In this document: in pieces, positions 27,856 through 38,409 of the stretch
Position numbering within the stretch: position 1 is the first letter of the stretch
How the letters are laid out: the number at the start of each line of letters is the position of its first letter
Source of the DNA: an uncultured cyanobacterium
GTDB taxonomy: Bacteria; Cyanobacteriota; Cyanobacteriia; PCC-9006; JAAUQQ01
Direction of reading: 5' to 3'
NCBI GenBank assembly: GCA_963718615.1
Contig: OY970368.1
Span: 6,016,001 to 6,080,000, forward strand
DNA: 64,000 nt
The notes under the pieces: model-generated
The model's input: only the letters and a program-made list of their open reading frames with translations
What the model was told of the DNA's origin: nothing
The model's database searches: none
Position numbers and translations under genes: made by a program

Positions 27856-28617
27856 TTAGTTAGAGCCTTGATTAGGGCGATCGCCTTCTTGCCAAGTCAA
27901 GCAAAAAACATATCGCTCGGTGGCAATTTCGGGAAAGGCCTCCTCGGCAATTCTTTCGATCTTAAAGGTGTCTGGAATCTGGTCTAACAACTTCATGTCC
28001 CCCAAGGTGGAATAGGCTAAATAGGCTTCTCCATGGGTAGGCAAAAACCGAGATAAGTCTTGGATAAATCGCTGGAAAAGTTGCCCCCCTGGATCATTGG
28101 TTGTCTGCTCAACCCGATCGCCAATGGGTTGTTGCAAAAGGGGGATATTAAATGTGATTAAGTCAAACTGCTGCTGAGGCACATGTTCAAACAAATCCGA
28201 TTGAAAACAGTTTGGAAAAAAGCCATTGAGTAAAGCATTCACTCGGGCACACCAGACCGCTCCTCCATCAATATCGGAAAGCAACAGCCGTTTTGCATAA
28301 CGGCCTAGCCCAATGCCAACAACGCCTGAGCCACAGCCAAGATCCAAAATGACCGGCTTGGTCGAGCCATTGGATAAGGGATTGAGTAACCGACTGTGCT
28401 TGAGCACAGCATCGAGCAAGAATAAACTGCTTGACCCTGGATCCGGGTGAAAAACCCCCGGCAACGCCAGCAAATTAAGGCCATGGGTTCGATAAAACGC
28501 AAAGGTTTTTTGCTTAGCCAGAAAGGCTTCGTGCATCTGCGCAAAATTCCCTGGCACCTGAGCAGGGGGCGTAGAGAGGTCTGCGGAGGAGGTCTCCTGG
28601 GGTTGAGAGCTATGCAC
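27856..28617 (-). CDS. Class I SAM methyltransferase (HemK/MTS-like)
   Basis: PGVFHP, ILDLGCGSGVVG, SDLF, FDLITFNIP. Confidence 0.75.
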   Translation of the reverse strand: MHSSQPQETSSADLSTPPAQVPGNFAQMHEAFLAKQKTFAFYRTHGLNLLALPGVFHPDPGSSSLFLLDAVLKHSRLLNPLSNGSTKPVILDLGCGSGVVGIGLGRYAKRLLLSDIDGGAVWCARVNALLNGFFPNCFQSDLFEHVPQQQFDLITFNIPLLQQPIGDRVEQTTNDPGGQLFQRFIQDLSRFLPTHGEAYLAYSTLGDMKLLDQIPDTFKIERIAEEAFPEIATERYVFCLTWQEGDRPNQGSN

Positions 28618-29007
28618 CTGAGTAAGGCCCTAAAACGGTCGCTCCCTACGATACCACGCGATCGCCCCCTGATTCTAGTTGTACTTAGGGCTGCACGGAT
28701 AGTACTGCCCAAAGACTCAATCAAGAGGCTTGAAGTTTCTGTTGAAATTCCTGTTGAATTTAATCGAAGTTTAAATAGGTATTGCGGGACTAATGATTCT
28801 GAACTTGTTCTGAACTTGCTTCTAGGTTGTTTTAATTTCGAAACATATAGTCTCAGAATTATTTGAAATTTGCAAGGAGTCCATCAAATTTAATTTTTCC
28901 TTTGTCTGTAAACCATTACTTAAGGCATAAAAAGTAAGCTATGAACAGTTTCCTCAGGCTTGGCTCAACATCATATCTAATAGGTTAGAAACGCTATTAA
29001 GGTGTGA

Positions 29008-30561
29008 GTGAGTACTGTGAATTATCTGAGATGGAAATTGCTGAGCGCACTTCCCTCGCTGCTTGGCCTGCTTGTTTTTCCTGTGGTGACCCAGGCCCAG
29101 GAACTAGATTCTTTGTCCCAAATCAACCGCTATGCCCAAGAGGGGGCGGTTCAGGGACAGGTGACCTCGGTGTCTCAGCTTCGGGATGTTCAGCCAACTG
29201 ATTGGGCCTTTCAGGCACTCCAGTCTTTGGTGGAGCGCTATGGCTGTATTGCGGGATATCCCGATGGTACCTATCGGGGCAACCGGGCCATGACTCGCTA
29301 CGAGTTTGCAGCGGGGCTGAATGCCTGTCTCGATCGGGTCAATGAACTGATCGCCTCTGCAACTGCCGATTTGGTCACAGCGGAAGACTTAGCCGTCCTA
29401 CAACGCTTACAAGAGGAGTTTCAAGCAGAACTGGCAACCTTGCGGGGGCGTGTGGATGCCCTGGAAGCCCGCACCGCTGAATTAGAAGCCAACCAGTTTT
29501 CAACGACAACAAAACTAAGAGGAACGGTATTCTTTGATCTGGGTTCGGTCTTTGATGGCAAAGTTAATGGCGTTGATTCAGACGATGAAGTGACTCTGGG
29601 TGGGCGGGTCAATCTTGACCTTAATACCAGCTTTACGGGTGAAGACCTGTTGACCATGCGACTCAAAGCTGCCAATATTCAGGGCTATAACAGTCGGTTT
29701 GGTGGCGTAGATGTTCCGGAAGCCGCCGTCGATTATCAAGCGGATACATCTAATACGTTTGTCTTGGATAACCTCTACTACAAGTTTCCCTTGGGCAAGG
29801 CTCAGATCTATGTTGGAGTCATTGACTTAGAAGCGGATGAGATCGCCCCCACGACGGGCAATTTGATGGGGGATGCAATTGGGGACTATTTCGGGACAAG
29901 CAATCCCATGTCCTATAACTTGGTAGCAGGCGCTGGAGCCGGGTTTAACTATCAGTTAACCGACGCGTTTAATGTGGCAGCCGCTTACTTGGCGAGCGAG
30001 GCCAATACGGCGGGTAAGGATGCCGGTTTGACCAGTGGCGACAATACGGTTTTTGGTCAGTTGACCTTTACCCCAGGCGATAAGCTGATTGTTGCTGCAA
30101 CCTATAACCACGCTTACTACTCTGATACGGTCTCATTCGCCGCCACAAGTATCACGGGTGGCGAAGCTGGGGTGATTGATGTAGTGGGTCTGAATGCGGC
30201 CTATGCCCTCAGCTCCAAGCTGACGCTTTCGGGCTGGGTGAGCTGGGGTTGGGCGGAATCCAAAAACAGCGACGCCGACGGCGAATTATTTAACTGGGCA
30301 GTCCTAGCAGGTTTCCCAGACCTATTTCGCCAGGGCAACTATGGCGGTTTATCGGTTGGCAGCTATAGCCATGTTTCCGACGGGACTGGCATTTTTGTCG
30401 AGGCGGACGATGCCCCGCTGTTGGCCCAAGCTTTCTATCGCTTCAAAATGAGCGATAACATTTCCGTCCAGCCGGGTCTATTTTATATCGCTAACCCTTT
30501 GGGGTCTGACCAAAACGACAACATCTGGATTGGTTCTTTACGGGGCCAATTCAGCTTCTAG
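29008..30561 (+). CDS. SLH-domain cyanobacterial porin (OprB/SomA/iron-uptake porin family)
   Basis: QVTSVSQLRDVQPTDWAFQALQSLVERYGCIAGYPDGTYRGNRAMTRYEFAAGLNAC, QFSTTTKL, terminal Phe. Confidence 0.93.
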   Translation: MSTVNYLRWKLLSALPSLLGLLVFPVVTQAQELDSLSQINRYAQEGAVQGQVTSVSQLRDVQPTDWAFQALQSLVERYGCIAGYPDGTYRGNRAMTRYEFAAGLNACLDRVNELIASATADLVTAEDLAVLQRLQEEFQAELATLRGRVDALEARTAELEANQFSTTTKLRGTVFFDLGSVFDGKVNGVDSDDEVTLGGRVNLDLNTSFTGEDLLTMRLKAANIQGYNSRFGGVDVPEAAVDYQADTSNTFVLDNLYYKFPLGKAQIYVGVIDLEADEIAPTTGNLMGDAIGDYFGTSNPMSYNLVAGAGAGFNYQLTDAFNVAAAYLASEANTAGKDAGLTSGDNTVFGQLTFTPGDKLIVAATYNHAYYSDTVSFAATSITGGEAGVIDVVGLNAAYALSSKLTLSGWVSWGWAESKNSDADGELFNWAVLAGFPDLFRQGNYGGLSVGSYSHVSDGTGIFVEADDAPLLAQAFYRFKMSDNISVQPGLFYIANPLGSDQNDNIWIGSLRGQFSF

Positions 30562-30606
30562 GCGATCGCTTTCCAAAACACCTTGAAAAAGGAACACACA
30601 CCTCTA

Positions 30607-30633
30607 GGGAGCATCTCAATGCTCCCATTTTTT
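30607..30633 (+). terminator. Intrinsic terminator after porin
   Basis: GGGAGCAT-CTCA-ATGCTCCC followed by ATTTTTT. Confidence 0.8.
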
Positions 30634-30888
30634 ATGAAAAACTTTATGAAAAACACTTTATGAAAAACTGAGCTGCATCCAAAAACTCAGGTCTACGGGC
30701 GCTGGGACCATGGGTCCCCGAGAATCGAGAAATTGGACTAAAAGGAGATAGGCGATCGCCAACCCCAGGGAAATCGCACCGGTCACAATCGCGACAATTT
30801 TAGATCGATCCACTGATTTTCTTCCCGTCCTGCTAAAGTGCCTATCGTGATCTAAATCTATCGTTCTTACTTTAGTGGTTTTCGGCGA

Positions 30889-31875
30889 ATGGACGTGACC
30901 CCATCAGCTCCATCTCCCATCCCTCAGCCCGCGTCTGATTCCCCGATCGTGGTCCAGGTGAATGGGCTAGGTAAAGTCTACCGCACCGGTTTTTGGATGA
31001 ACCGCCGGATCGAATCGCTCAAGGGGGTGAACCTGACGATCCACCAAGGCGAAACCTTCGGGCTCTTGGGACCCAATGGGGCGGGCAAGACGACGTTGCT
31101 CAAGCTGCTGCTGGGGATCTTGCGGCCCACCGCCGGTCAAGGACAGCTGCTAGGGGCTCGGCTGGGCGATCGCGCCACCCGAGAGCGCATCGGCTATCTG
31201 CCGGAAAATGCCTATTTCTACGATTACCTGACGGGCTGGGAGTTTTTGCAATTCACGGCGGGGCTCTTCCGGATTCCAGCCAAGGTTCAACGCCAGCGGA
31301 TTGTTCAGCTCTTAGACTTGGTAGGACTGGCCCAGTCTGCCGCCCGCAAAAAGCAAATGCGCCAGTATTCCAAGGGCATGCTCCAGCGGGTGGGGATGGC
31401 CCAGGCGTTGATTAATGATCCGGACTTGGTCTTCCTGGATGAACCGATGTCTGGCTTGGATCCCTTGGGTCGAGTGCAGATTCGCGAAATCATTCAGGCA
31501 CTCAAGGCCCAGGGGAAAACGATTTTTTTCAATAGCCATGTGTTGGCGGATGTGGAGCAGATTTGCGATCGCGTCGCCATCCTCGCCCAGGGCGAACTGC
31601 TCTGCTTGGGCTCCCTCGACAGCCTACTAGGAACAACCAACACCTACCAGGTGCGCGGACGCGGCGGCAATCTAGAGCTCCTAAGCCAATGGGTCGTCAA
31701 CCTGGAAGTCGAAGAAGACTACTGGCAAGGCCATCTGGAGAAAAAGCCCCAGGATTTTCTGGCTAGTCTGCAACTCATGGGCGGACAGTTGATTGCCATG
31801 CAGTTAGCTCGTCCCTCCCTCGAAGAATTTTTTGTCGAGCAGCTGCGTCAGCGCAATATTCATCACAGTACCTAG
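30889..31875 (+). CDS. ABC transporter ATP-binding protein
   Basis: GPNGAGKTT, YSKGMLQR, VFLDEPMSGLD, NSH. Confidence 0.92.
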   Translation: MDVTPSAPSPIPQPASDSPIVVQVNGLGKVYRTGFWMNRRIESLKGVNLTIHQGETFGLLGPNGAGKTTLLKLLLGILRPTAGQGQLLGARLGDRATRERIGYLPENAYFYDYLTGWEFLQFTAGLFRIPAKVQRQRIVQLLDLVGLAQSAARKKQMRQYSKGMLQRVGMAQALINDPDLVFLDEPMSGLDPLGRVQIREIIQALKAQGKTIFFNSHVLADVEQICDRVAILAQGELLCLGSLDSLLGTTNTYQVRGRGGNLELLSQWVVNLEVEEDYWQGHLEKKPQDFLASLQLMGGQLIAMQLARPSLEEFFVEQLRQRNIHHST

Positions 31876-32030
31876 GGTGCCCAGGGCTAATTCCCTACCG
31901 TGTCAAGGCTCCCCTATGATTGCCATAGACAAACACCAAGGTTTAGCATTACATTTTACTGTGTCAGCCTATAGGTTTAGCCGATCCCCCTGCGCCCATT
32001 CCCTAGAGCCTATCCCCCAGGAGGTCATCC

Positions 32031-32966
32031 TTGAAACCCGTTACACTCCACCAGTTAAGGGTTTTTGAAGCGGCTGCTCGACACAACAGTTTTACCCGAG
32101 CAGCGGAAGAGTTGTACCTCACCCAGCCGACGGTTTCCATCCAGGTGAAGCAACTCACCAAAGCCATTGGGTTACCCTTGTTTGAACAGGTGGGCAAAAA
32201 GCTGTTTCTCACCGATGCCGGCAAGGAGCTTTATAGCGCCAGCAAAGACGTCTTTGAGCGACTGGCCCAGCTTGAAATGACGGTGGCAGATCTCAAGGGC
32301 ATGAAGCAAGGCCACCTGCGTCTGGCAGTGATCACCACCGCAAAATACTTTGTGCCCCGTCTCCTCGGACCCTTTTGTCGGCAGTACCCCGGCATCAACG
32401 TGTCACTACAGGTGACCAACCATGAGGGTCTCTTGGAACGACTGAGTTCTAACTCCGATGATTTGTATATTTTGAGCCGTCCCCCCAGTGACCATGACTT
32501 TAAAGTTCAGGCCTTTCTAGATAATCCCCTCGTGGTGGTTGCGCCGATGGATCATCCTCTGGTGGGGAAAAAGGCGATCGCCCTCCAAGACCTCGCCCAC
32601 GAACCCTTCATCATGCGTGAACTGGGATCCGGCACCCGCGAAGCCGCAGAAAAGCTGTTTTCCACGGCTGGCGTCCAAATGGAGGTCAAACTCGACCTGG
32701 GCAGCAACGAAGCCATCAAACAGGCCATTCTCGGTGGTCTAGGACTCTCTGTTCTGTCCTACCACACCCTCACCTCCCTAGGCGAAACACCCCAGCTCAC
32801 GGTTCTAGACGTCGAAGGCTTCCCGATTCATCGACAATGGCACCTCGTCCATCCCCAGGGCAAACAGCTCTCCGTCGTCGCCAAAACCTTCCGAGACTAC
32901 CTGCTCTCCCAAAGCAAACAGCTCGCAGAAGAAATTAACCTTCCCACCGCCAAAACCAAAATTTAG
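32031..32966 (+). CDS. cmpR: CbbR-type LysR regulator (CmpR/NdhR-like)
   Basis: TLHQLRVFEAAARHNSFTRAAEELYLTQPTVS, TTAKYFVPRLLGPFC, LGSNEAIKQA; TTG start; CmpR vs NdhR not certain. Confidence 0.8.
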   Translation: MKPVTLHQLRVFEAAARHNSFTRAAEELYLTQPTVSIQVKQLTKAIGLPLFEQVGKKLFLTDAGKELYSASKDVFERLAQLEMTVADLKGMKQGHLRLAVITTAKYFVPRLLGPFCRQYPGINVSLQVTNHEGLLERLSSNSDDLYILSRPPSDHDFKVQAFLDNPLVVVAPMDHPLVGKKAIALQDLAHEPFIMRELGSGTREAAEKLFSTAGVQMEVKLDLGSNEAIKQAILGGLGLSVLSYHTLTSLGETPQLTVLDVEGFPIHRQWHLVHPQGKQLSVVAKTFRDYLLSQSKQLAEEINLPTAKTKI

Positions 32967-33008
32967 CGCCAGCCCCAAAACTCTAAAACTCCATCATCCC
33001 ATTACCCA

Positions 33009-33956
33009 TCACCCCATTATCAACCGATCCGTCGCCTCAATCAACGCACTCTGAATCCCCGGCTCCGTCATCGAATGTCCTGCATCGGGCACCACCACTA
33101 ACTCAGCCTCAGGCCAAGCCCGATGCAGATCCCAGGCCGATCGCATCGGACAGACGACATCATAACGGCCCTGAACAATCACACCAGGCAGATGACGAAT
33201 ACGATTGACATTGCGCAAGAGCTGGTCATCGGACTCAAAAAATCCGCCATTGATAAAGTAATGGCACTCGATCCGGGCAAAGGCGGTGGCAAATTCATCC
33301 TCGCCAAAGACTTTCATCAGCTTCGGATCGGGAATCAACTTGCTCGTGCTACCCTCCCACACCGACCAGGCCCGTGCCGCTTCCTGGCGAATTTTGGGGT
33401 CGGGGCTGGTGAGGCGTTTATAATAGGCCGCGACGAGATTATCCCGCTCGCCGGGTGGAATGGGCTTGAGATAGGCTTCCCAGGCGTCGGGGAAAAGGTA
33501 GCTGGCTCCCTTTTGGTAGAACCACTGAATCTCCTCCCGACGCAGCAAAAAAATGCCTCGCAGAATCAGCCCCAAGCAATGCTTAGGATGGGCTTGGCTA
33601 TAGGCCAGCGAGAGCGTACTCCCCCAACTGCCCCCAAAAACGACCCAGCGCTCAATGTCGAGGTGCTCGCGCAGCACCTCAATGTCGCTGACTAAATGCC
33701 AGGTGCTATTGTCCCGCAGCTCCGCATGGGGAAGGCTGCGCCCACAGCCCCGTTGGTCAAACTGAATGATCCGCCAGTGATGGGGGTTGAAATACTGCCG
33801 ATAGGAAGGCTGCGAGCCTCCCCCCGGTCCCCCATGGAGAACAATGACCGGTTGCCCATCTGGGTTGCCTGATTCCTCAAAGTAAATGGTATGCAGGTCC
33901 GAGACCTGGAGCATGCCACGACCATAGGGTTCGATGGGAGGGTAGAGGTGGCGCAT
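33009..33956 (-). CDS. pip: Proline iminopeptidase
   Basis: LYPPIEPY, LHGGPGGG, FDQRGCGRS, FGGSWGSTL, VQGRYDVVCP, AGHS. Confidence 0.95.
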   Translation of the reverse strand: MRHLYPPIEPYGRGMLQVSDLHTIYFEESGNPDGQPVIVLHGGPGGGSQPSYRQYFNPHHWRIIQFDQRGCGRSLPHAELRDNSTWHLVSDIEVLREHLDIERWVVFGGSWGSTLSLAYSQAHPKHCLGLILRGIFLLRREEIQWFYQKGASYLFPDAWEAYLKPIPPGERDNLVAAYYKRLTSPDPKIRQEAARAWSVWEGSTSKLIPDPKLMKVFGEDEFATAFARIECHYFINGGFFESDDQLLRNVNRIRHLPGVIVQGRYDVVCPMRSAWDLHRAWPEAELVVVPDAGHSMTEPGIQSALIEATDRLIMG

Positions 33957-34067
33957 AGTTCTCTAGGAGCGGGGCTGTGCATAGTCTCAATGGATACCTG
34001 TCAGCCTGTCAACACCCCTATCGTTTAAGCTAAGGCAGGTAACGTTTCTAGAATTTGCAGATTTCCT

Positions 34068-34628
34068 ATGCTGAAACTTTACGGCGGTGCTCGGAGCCGT
34101 GCTTCCATTGTGCATTGGTATCTCGAAGAATTGGGCTTGCCCTACGAATTCGTCTTGCTCGATCTACAGACCGGTGAGAATCGCCAAGCCCCTTTTACAG
34201 ACATTAACCCCTTTGGTAAAGTCCCTGGCTTGGTGGATGGAGCGGTCAAATTGTTTGAGTCTGGAGCCATTTTGCTTTATTTGGCGGACCAGTATGGAGA
34301 GCTCAAGGAAAGCAACGCTGCGGAGCGGGCGATCGCCAGCCAGTGGGTCCTGTTTGCCAATGCAACCCTGGGTCCCGGCATCTTTATGGAGTCGACGCGG
34401 GAACGGGAGCTGCCCCGGCTGATGGAGCCGCTCAACGCTCTTTTTGCGAAGCAGTCCTTTATCGTGGGCGAGCAGTTTAGCGTTGCAGATGCTGCCGTGG
34501 GATCCATGCTCAACTATATTCCCATGCTGCTGAAGCTGGACCTCAGCGAGTATCCGGCGGTGGTGGACTATATGCAGCGTATTGCGGCCCGTCCGGCCTT
34601 TGTTAAAACGATTCTGAACCGGGGCTAG
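34068..34628 (+). CDS. Glutathione S-transferase family protein
   Basis: SRASIVHWYLEEL, INPFGKVP, LFESGAILLYLAD, FSVAD. Confidence 0.92.
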   Translation: MLKLYGGARSRASIVHWYLEELGLPYEFVLLDLQTGENRQAPFTDINPFGKVPGLVDGAVKLFESGAILLYLADQYGELKESNAAERAIASQWVLFANATLGPGIFMESTRERELPRLMEPLNALFAKQSFIVGEQFSVADAAVGSMLNYIPMLLKLDLSEYPAVVDYMQRIAARPAFVKTILNRG

Positions 34629-34633
34629 ACTCG

Positions 34634-35536
34634 ATGCAGGATTGGCGCGATCTCGCCCGCCCAGGGCAAAACCAAGTCTGGCGCTATGGGCTGGGCATTA
34701 CGCTGTTTCTGCTGGTTTTTGGGCTGCTGGGAAGTTTGAGCTTAGGGGTATTTTCCCTGGTTTGGTTGATCTTCCAGGGCGTCCCGCCGGAGCAGATGGG
34801 GACCTCGCTGCTGCTCTTTTTGCAAACCCCTTCCGTAGCGGGTTTTATCGCCAATAATCTGCCGTTTGTCTGGGGTTTGGGGGCGCTCTTTCTGATTGTT
34901 CAGAGGCTGCATCGACGGCCTTTTAGATCGCTGTTGGGGGGCGATCGCCAGCTCCATGGCAAACGGTTGGGCGCGGCCTTTGGCCTTTGGTTTTTGCTTT
35001 TGTCCTTCAGCACTGCAATCACCGCCCTATTGGCTCCGGGGGATTTTCATCTCACCTTTAAGCCCTTAACCTGGCTGGGTCTTGTGCTCGTTGCTGTGCC
35101 TTTAACGACGTTGCAGGTGAGTTGTGAGGAGCTGTTTTTTCGCGGCTATTTGCTCCAGGGATTGGGGTTGCGGTTGCGATCGCACCTAGTCCTATCGGTG
35201 CTAACAGCGGTTCTGTTTGCGTTGGTCCATTTGGCCAATCCCGAAGTCCAGCGAGGGGCCGGTTGGATTGTGTTTTACTATTTTTCCTTTGGTCTTTTAG
35301 CGGCTTGGCTAACGCTCAAGGAAAACCGGCTAGAGCTAGCCCTAGGGTTGCATTTAGCGACGAATTTATTTGGAATTTTAATCGTCAGTAGCAGCGATTC
35401 TGTGTTACCTGCACCAGCCCTGTTTCAAGTGAATGCAGTGGGAAATCCCGCTTGGTCGGTGGTGGTGTTTTTGCTAGATGCTGCGATTTTCTATGGGATT
35501 CTCAGAGGCCGTCCTGCCCGTAAGCCTTCAGATTGA
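34634..35536 (+). CDS. CPBP (CAAX/Abi) intramembrane metalloprotease
   Basis: EELFFRGYL, FALVH, LGLHLATN; multiple TM segments. Confidence 0.88.
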   Translation: MQDWRDLARPGQNQVWRYGLGITLFLLVFGLLGSLSLGVFSLVWLIFQGVPPEQMGTSLLLFLQTPSVAGFIANNLPFVWGLGALFLIVQRLHRRPFRSLLGGDRQLHGKRLGAAFGLWFLLLSFSTAITALLAPGDFHLTFKPLTWLGLVLVAVPLTTLQVSCEELFFRGYLLQGLGLRLRSHLVLSVLTAVLFALVHLANPEVQRGAGWIVFYYFSFGLLAAWLTLKENRLELALGLHLATNLFGILIVSSSDSVLPAPALFQVNAVGNPAWSVVVFLLDAAIFYGILRGRPARKPSD

Positions 35537-35802
35537 ACCGCCTGAACTATTCATTGATCAGCAGCGTCGCTCCATCTGAATCTGTTGAATCTGTTAATCG
35601 TTAAAGGTGAATGGGCTAAGGTGAATGGGTCAAGGGCGATCGCAAAAGATACCCATTCAACCCAATTGTTCCCCAATCCGAAAGGCTTTACCCTAAGCCT
35701 TATCTACCTTCAGGGATCTGCTGGAATCCTGGAGTGTAGTGTTGAGGTTATGGCCCTCAGATGGCTCTGGGGGCTTTTCTTAAACGGATCCTTTGCTTCG
35801 GC

Positions 35803-37641
35803 TTACAAATAGCTGCTGGCCTGCCGGGTAAACATATCGCAGTAGGCTCCTCCTTGGCTCATCAAGGTTTCATGATTTCCAGATTCAATAATTTGCCCCT
35901 GTTCTAAGACCACAATGCGATCGGCCAGTTTTGCCAGGGCCAATCGGTGACTCACAACCACAGCCATTCGCCCCTGGGTAATCGAACGGAAAATATCGTA
36001 GATTTCCTGCTCATTTTTCGGGTCTAGGGCGGCGGTGGGTTCATCAAAGATCAAAAGCTCAGCACTGCCTAATCGCAGAAGGGCACGGGCGATCGCCACC
36101 CGCTGCCACTGTCCCCCCGACAAATCCACCCCATGTTCTAATTCCTTGCCCAGGGGCGTCTCCAAGCCCTCCGAGAGAGTCTGGGCCAGTTGGCCCATAC
36201 CGGCTTCTTCGAGGACTCGCTGGATGGCACTATCCTCCCCATGTTTGGGTTGATAGCCCCAGCCGACGTTGTCCCGCAAACTGGTGGGGAAGCGGGCATA
36301 GTCCTGCATGACGACGGCGATGCGATCGCGCAAGGCCCTCAGGTCCAACTCCCGAAAATCTCGCTGATTCCAGTAGATTGAACCTTGTGTTGGATCATAC
36401 AGTCGGCAGAGCAACTTACTGAGCGTTGTTTTTCCCGCGCCATTTTCACCCACCAAGGCAACCATTTCGTTTGGGCGGATCTGAAAGTTAATGCCCTGCA
36501 AAACCGGTTTGTCGCTGCCAGGATAGTGAAACACCAAATCTTCCACCTGAATCCCCGTGGGAGCCATAGTGGGTTTCCAGACATCAACGGCGAGCTGGGA
36601 TGGCGGCGAAATGATCTCGGGCTGTAGATCCAGTAATTGAAAAATGGGTTTAGTTGCTAGGGTAACATCATAAAGATTGCCGAGGTTCCCAATCATTGCA
36701 TAGAGCCCCCCTTGCATCTGGGCAATAATGCCGGTGTAAAGTGCGATGTCTCCCAGAGTATAGTTGCCTTGAACCACGCCCAAAATGACGTACAGATAGG
36801 GAAATGAAGCGCCAAGATTGCCAAATAATGACCATAGGCCCATGGCGATCGCCCCCTGTTTGCGGACATTGGCCATGGCTCCAAAAACTTGTTCAAAGAG
36901 CGATCGCCAGCGCTGAATCATCACCGTTTGCAACGAAAAGAGGCGAATTTCCTTGGCAAATTCTTCGCCTCGGATCAGGCGAGCATAAATGTCCATCTCC
37001 CGCGAGGTTGCGGCCTGGGTTTCTTCAACACGCCAACTTTTGCGCCGCTGTCGCATCTCCACATAAATGGCGGGGGCCGTGACGGTCACGAGCAACAGCG
37101 GAATCCACCAAGCTAGGGAGACGGAAAGCAAAATGGCTGGCCCTAAAATGAATAGACCCCGCAAGGTTGCTGTCAGCATAAACGAGAGCTGCTGCAATCG
37201 TTGCACACCAGCTTGTGTCAGTTGAACAATGTTAAGGAGATCGGGACTTTCAAAGAGGGCGATGTCATTAAAGGTCGCGATTTTTTCGAGGACTTGACCC
37301 TGGACAATGCCTTGAACGCGATCGCGCAAGGCCGCAAATAGAACAATATCAACAGTTGAAGCCGCCTCGGTGAGCAAGCGCAAAACGACTGTTCCCCCGA
37401 TTGCCCAGACCAACACCGTATCGGTGGAAAGGATGGTCCGCCAGTTCTCGACCGGTCCAGTTTGAAGCAGCCGCGCAATTTCATCGATAACCACTTTGCT
37501 AAGGAACAGAGCTGCGGCTGGCCCGACTCCCGTAAAAATATTAAACAGTGCCAGTTGAGCTAACTGCCGAGGTGCGGCTTGCGCAATCAGCAGAAGACTG
37601 CGACGCAACGCCTGGGTTGGCTTGAGATCAGCAATTTGCAT
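35803..37641 (-). CDS. ABC exporter, fused permease/ATPase
   Basis: TM domain with AKEIRLF; GENGAGKTT, LSGGQWQRVAIAR, FDEPTAALD, SHR. Confidence 0.9.
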   Translation of the reverse strand: MQIADLKPTQALRRSLLLIAQAAPRQLAQLALFNIFTGVGPAAALFLSKVVIDEIARLLQTGPVENWRTILSTDTVLVWAIGGTVVLRLLTEAASTVDIVLFAALRDRVQGIVQGQVLEKIATFNDIALFESPDLLNIVQLTQAGVQRLQQLSFMLTATLRGLFILGPAILLSVSLAWWIPLLLVTVTAPAIYVEMRQRRKSWRVEETQAATSREMDIYARLIRGEEFAKEIRLFSLQTVMIQRWRSLFEQVFGAMANVRKQGAIAMGLWSLFGNLGASFPYLYVILGVVQGNYTLGDIALYTGIIAQMQGGLYAMIGNLGNLYDVTLATKPIFQLLDLQPEIISPPSQLAVDVWKPTMAPTGIQVEDLVFHYPGSDKPVLQGINFQIRPNEMVALVGENGAGKTTLSKLLCRLYDPTQGSIYWNQRDFRELDLRALRDRIAVVMQDYARFPTSLRDNVGWGYQPKHGEDSAIQRVLEEAGMGQLAQTLSEGLETPLGKELEHGVDLSGGQWQRVAIARALLRLGSAELLIFDEPTAALDPKNEQEIYDIFRSITQGRMAVVVSHRLALAKLADRIVVLEQGQIIESGNHETLMSQGGAYCDMFTRQASSYL

Positions 37642-37757
37642 GGGTAAATGCAGAGGAAAGGATACCCTAACGGGAGGTTGGACCGGAGCGGCTCAGGCCA
37701 GTTCACCAGTCCGTTCGCCTTTCCCATTCTGCCAAGAGATACTCGAAATGGGGGAAT

Positions 37758-38060
37758 TTATTGCTCTTGGATTAACCGCATATAGTTTTGCTTAAGTTGA
37801 ATATTGGCCTGAGCAATGTGATCGCTCATGGCCTTCTCAGCCTCGCTAATCTCCTCCCAAAAAGCAGCCGATCGCTGGGCCGAAATGAATTCTTGCCAGA
37901 GTTGCTGAAGCAGCAGTGCAGCCGTTTCGCTCTCAGGTTGAAGCTGGGTGTAGAGGACTTCAAACTGGGCATTGGCCTGGGGATGATGTTTGATGTTTTT
38001 GGCGGCAGCGATCGCCGCTTCCAGGGTGGTAGATAGACTGGAAATCGATGGGTTTGTCAT
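37758..38060 (-). CDS. Small helical hypothetical protein
   Basis: 100 aa ATG ORF ending LWQE..SAQRSAAFWEE...LKQNYMRLIQEQ; co-oriented with neighbours. Confidence 0.6.
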   Translation of the reverse strand: MTNPSISSLSTTLEAAIAAAKNIKHHPQANAQFEVLYTQLQPESETAALLLQQLWQEFISAQRSAAFWEEISEAEKAMSDHIAQANIQLKQNYMRLIQEQ

Positions 38061-38121
38061 AATGCTGAAAGCTTGGCTGAAAGGTTACCGGAAAGATCTC
38101 TTGAAAATCTAATGCTGAAAT

Positions 38122-38409
38122 CTAAGCCGAGATAGGACGAGTCACAGGCTGAGCTAACCTCTGGACTTTCTTAAATTCTTGACGATTTTCTTCGCCAGTT
38201 CCATAGCAATCCGCTGGCATAATCCGCTGCGGATCGCAATTCCGATTTAGACAACCCTTGGCTTGAGTATGCTGGCAAACACGGGCAAAAAGACGCTCTC
38301 GGCTGCCAGTTGGACCAAAGGCAAAATGCACTCGATCTTCATGATCAATAGTGACATTGCAAACAGTACAGGTTTGGCAAGGAGAAGTAGCTGGGTCAAT
38401 TGAATTCAT
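38122..38409 (-). CDS. Small Cys-rich hypothetical protein
   Basis: CQTCTVC...FGPTGSRERLFARVCQH...GCLN; possible metal binding. Confidence 0.6.
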   Translation of the reverse strand: MNSIDPATSPCQTCTVCNVTIDHEDRVHFAFGPTGSRERLFARVCQHTQAKGCLNRNCDPQRIMPADCYGTGEENRQEFKKVQRLAQPVTRPISA

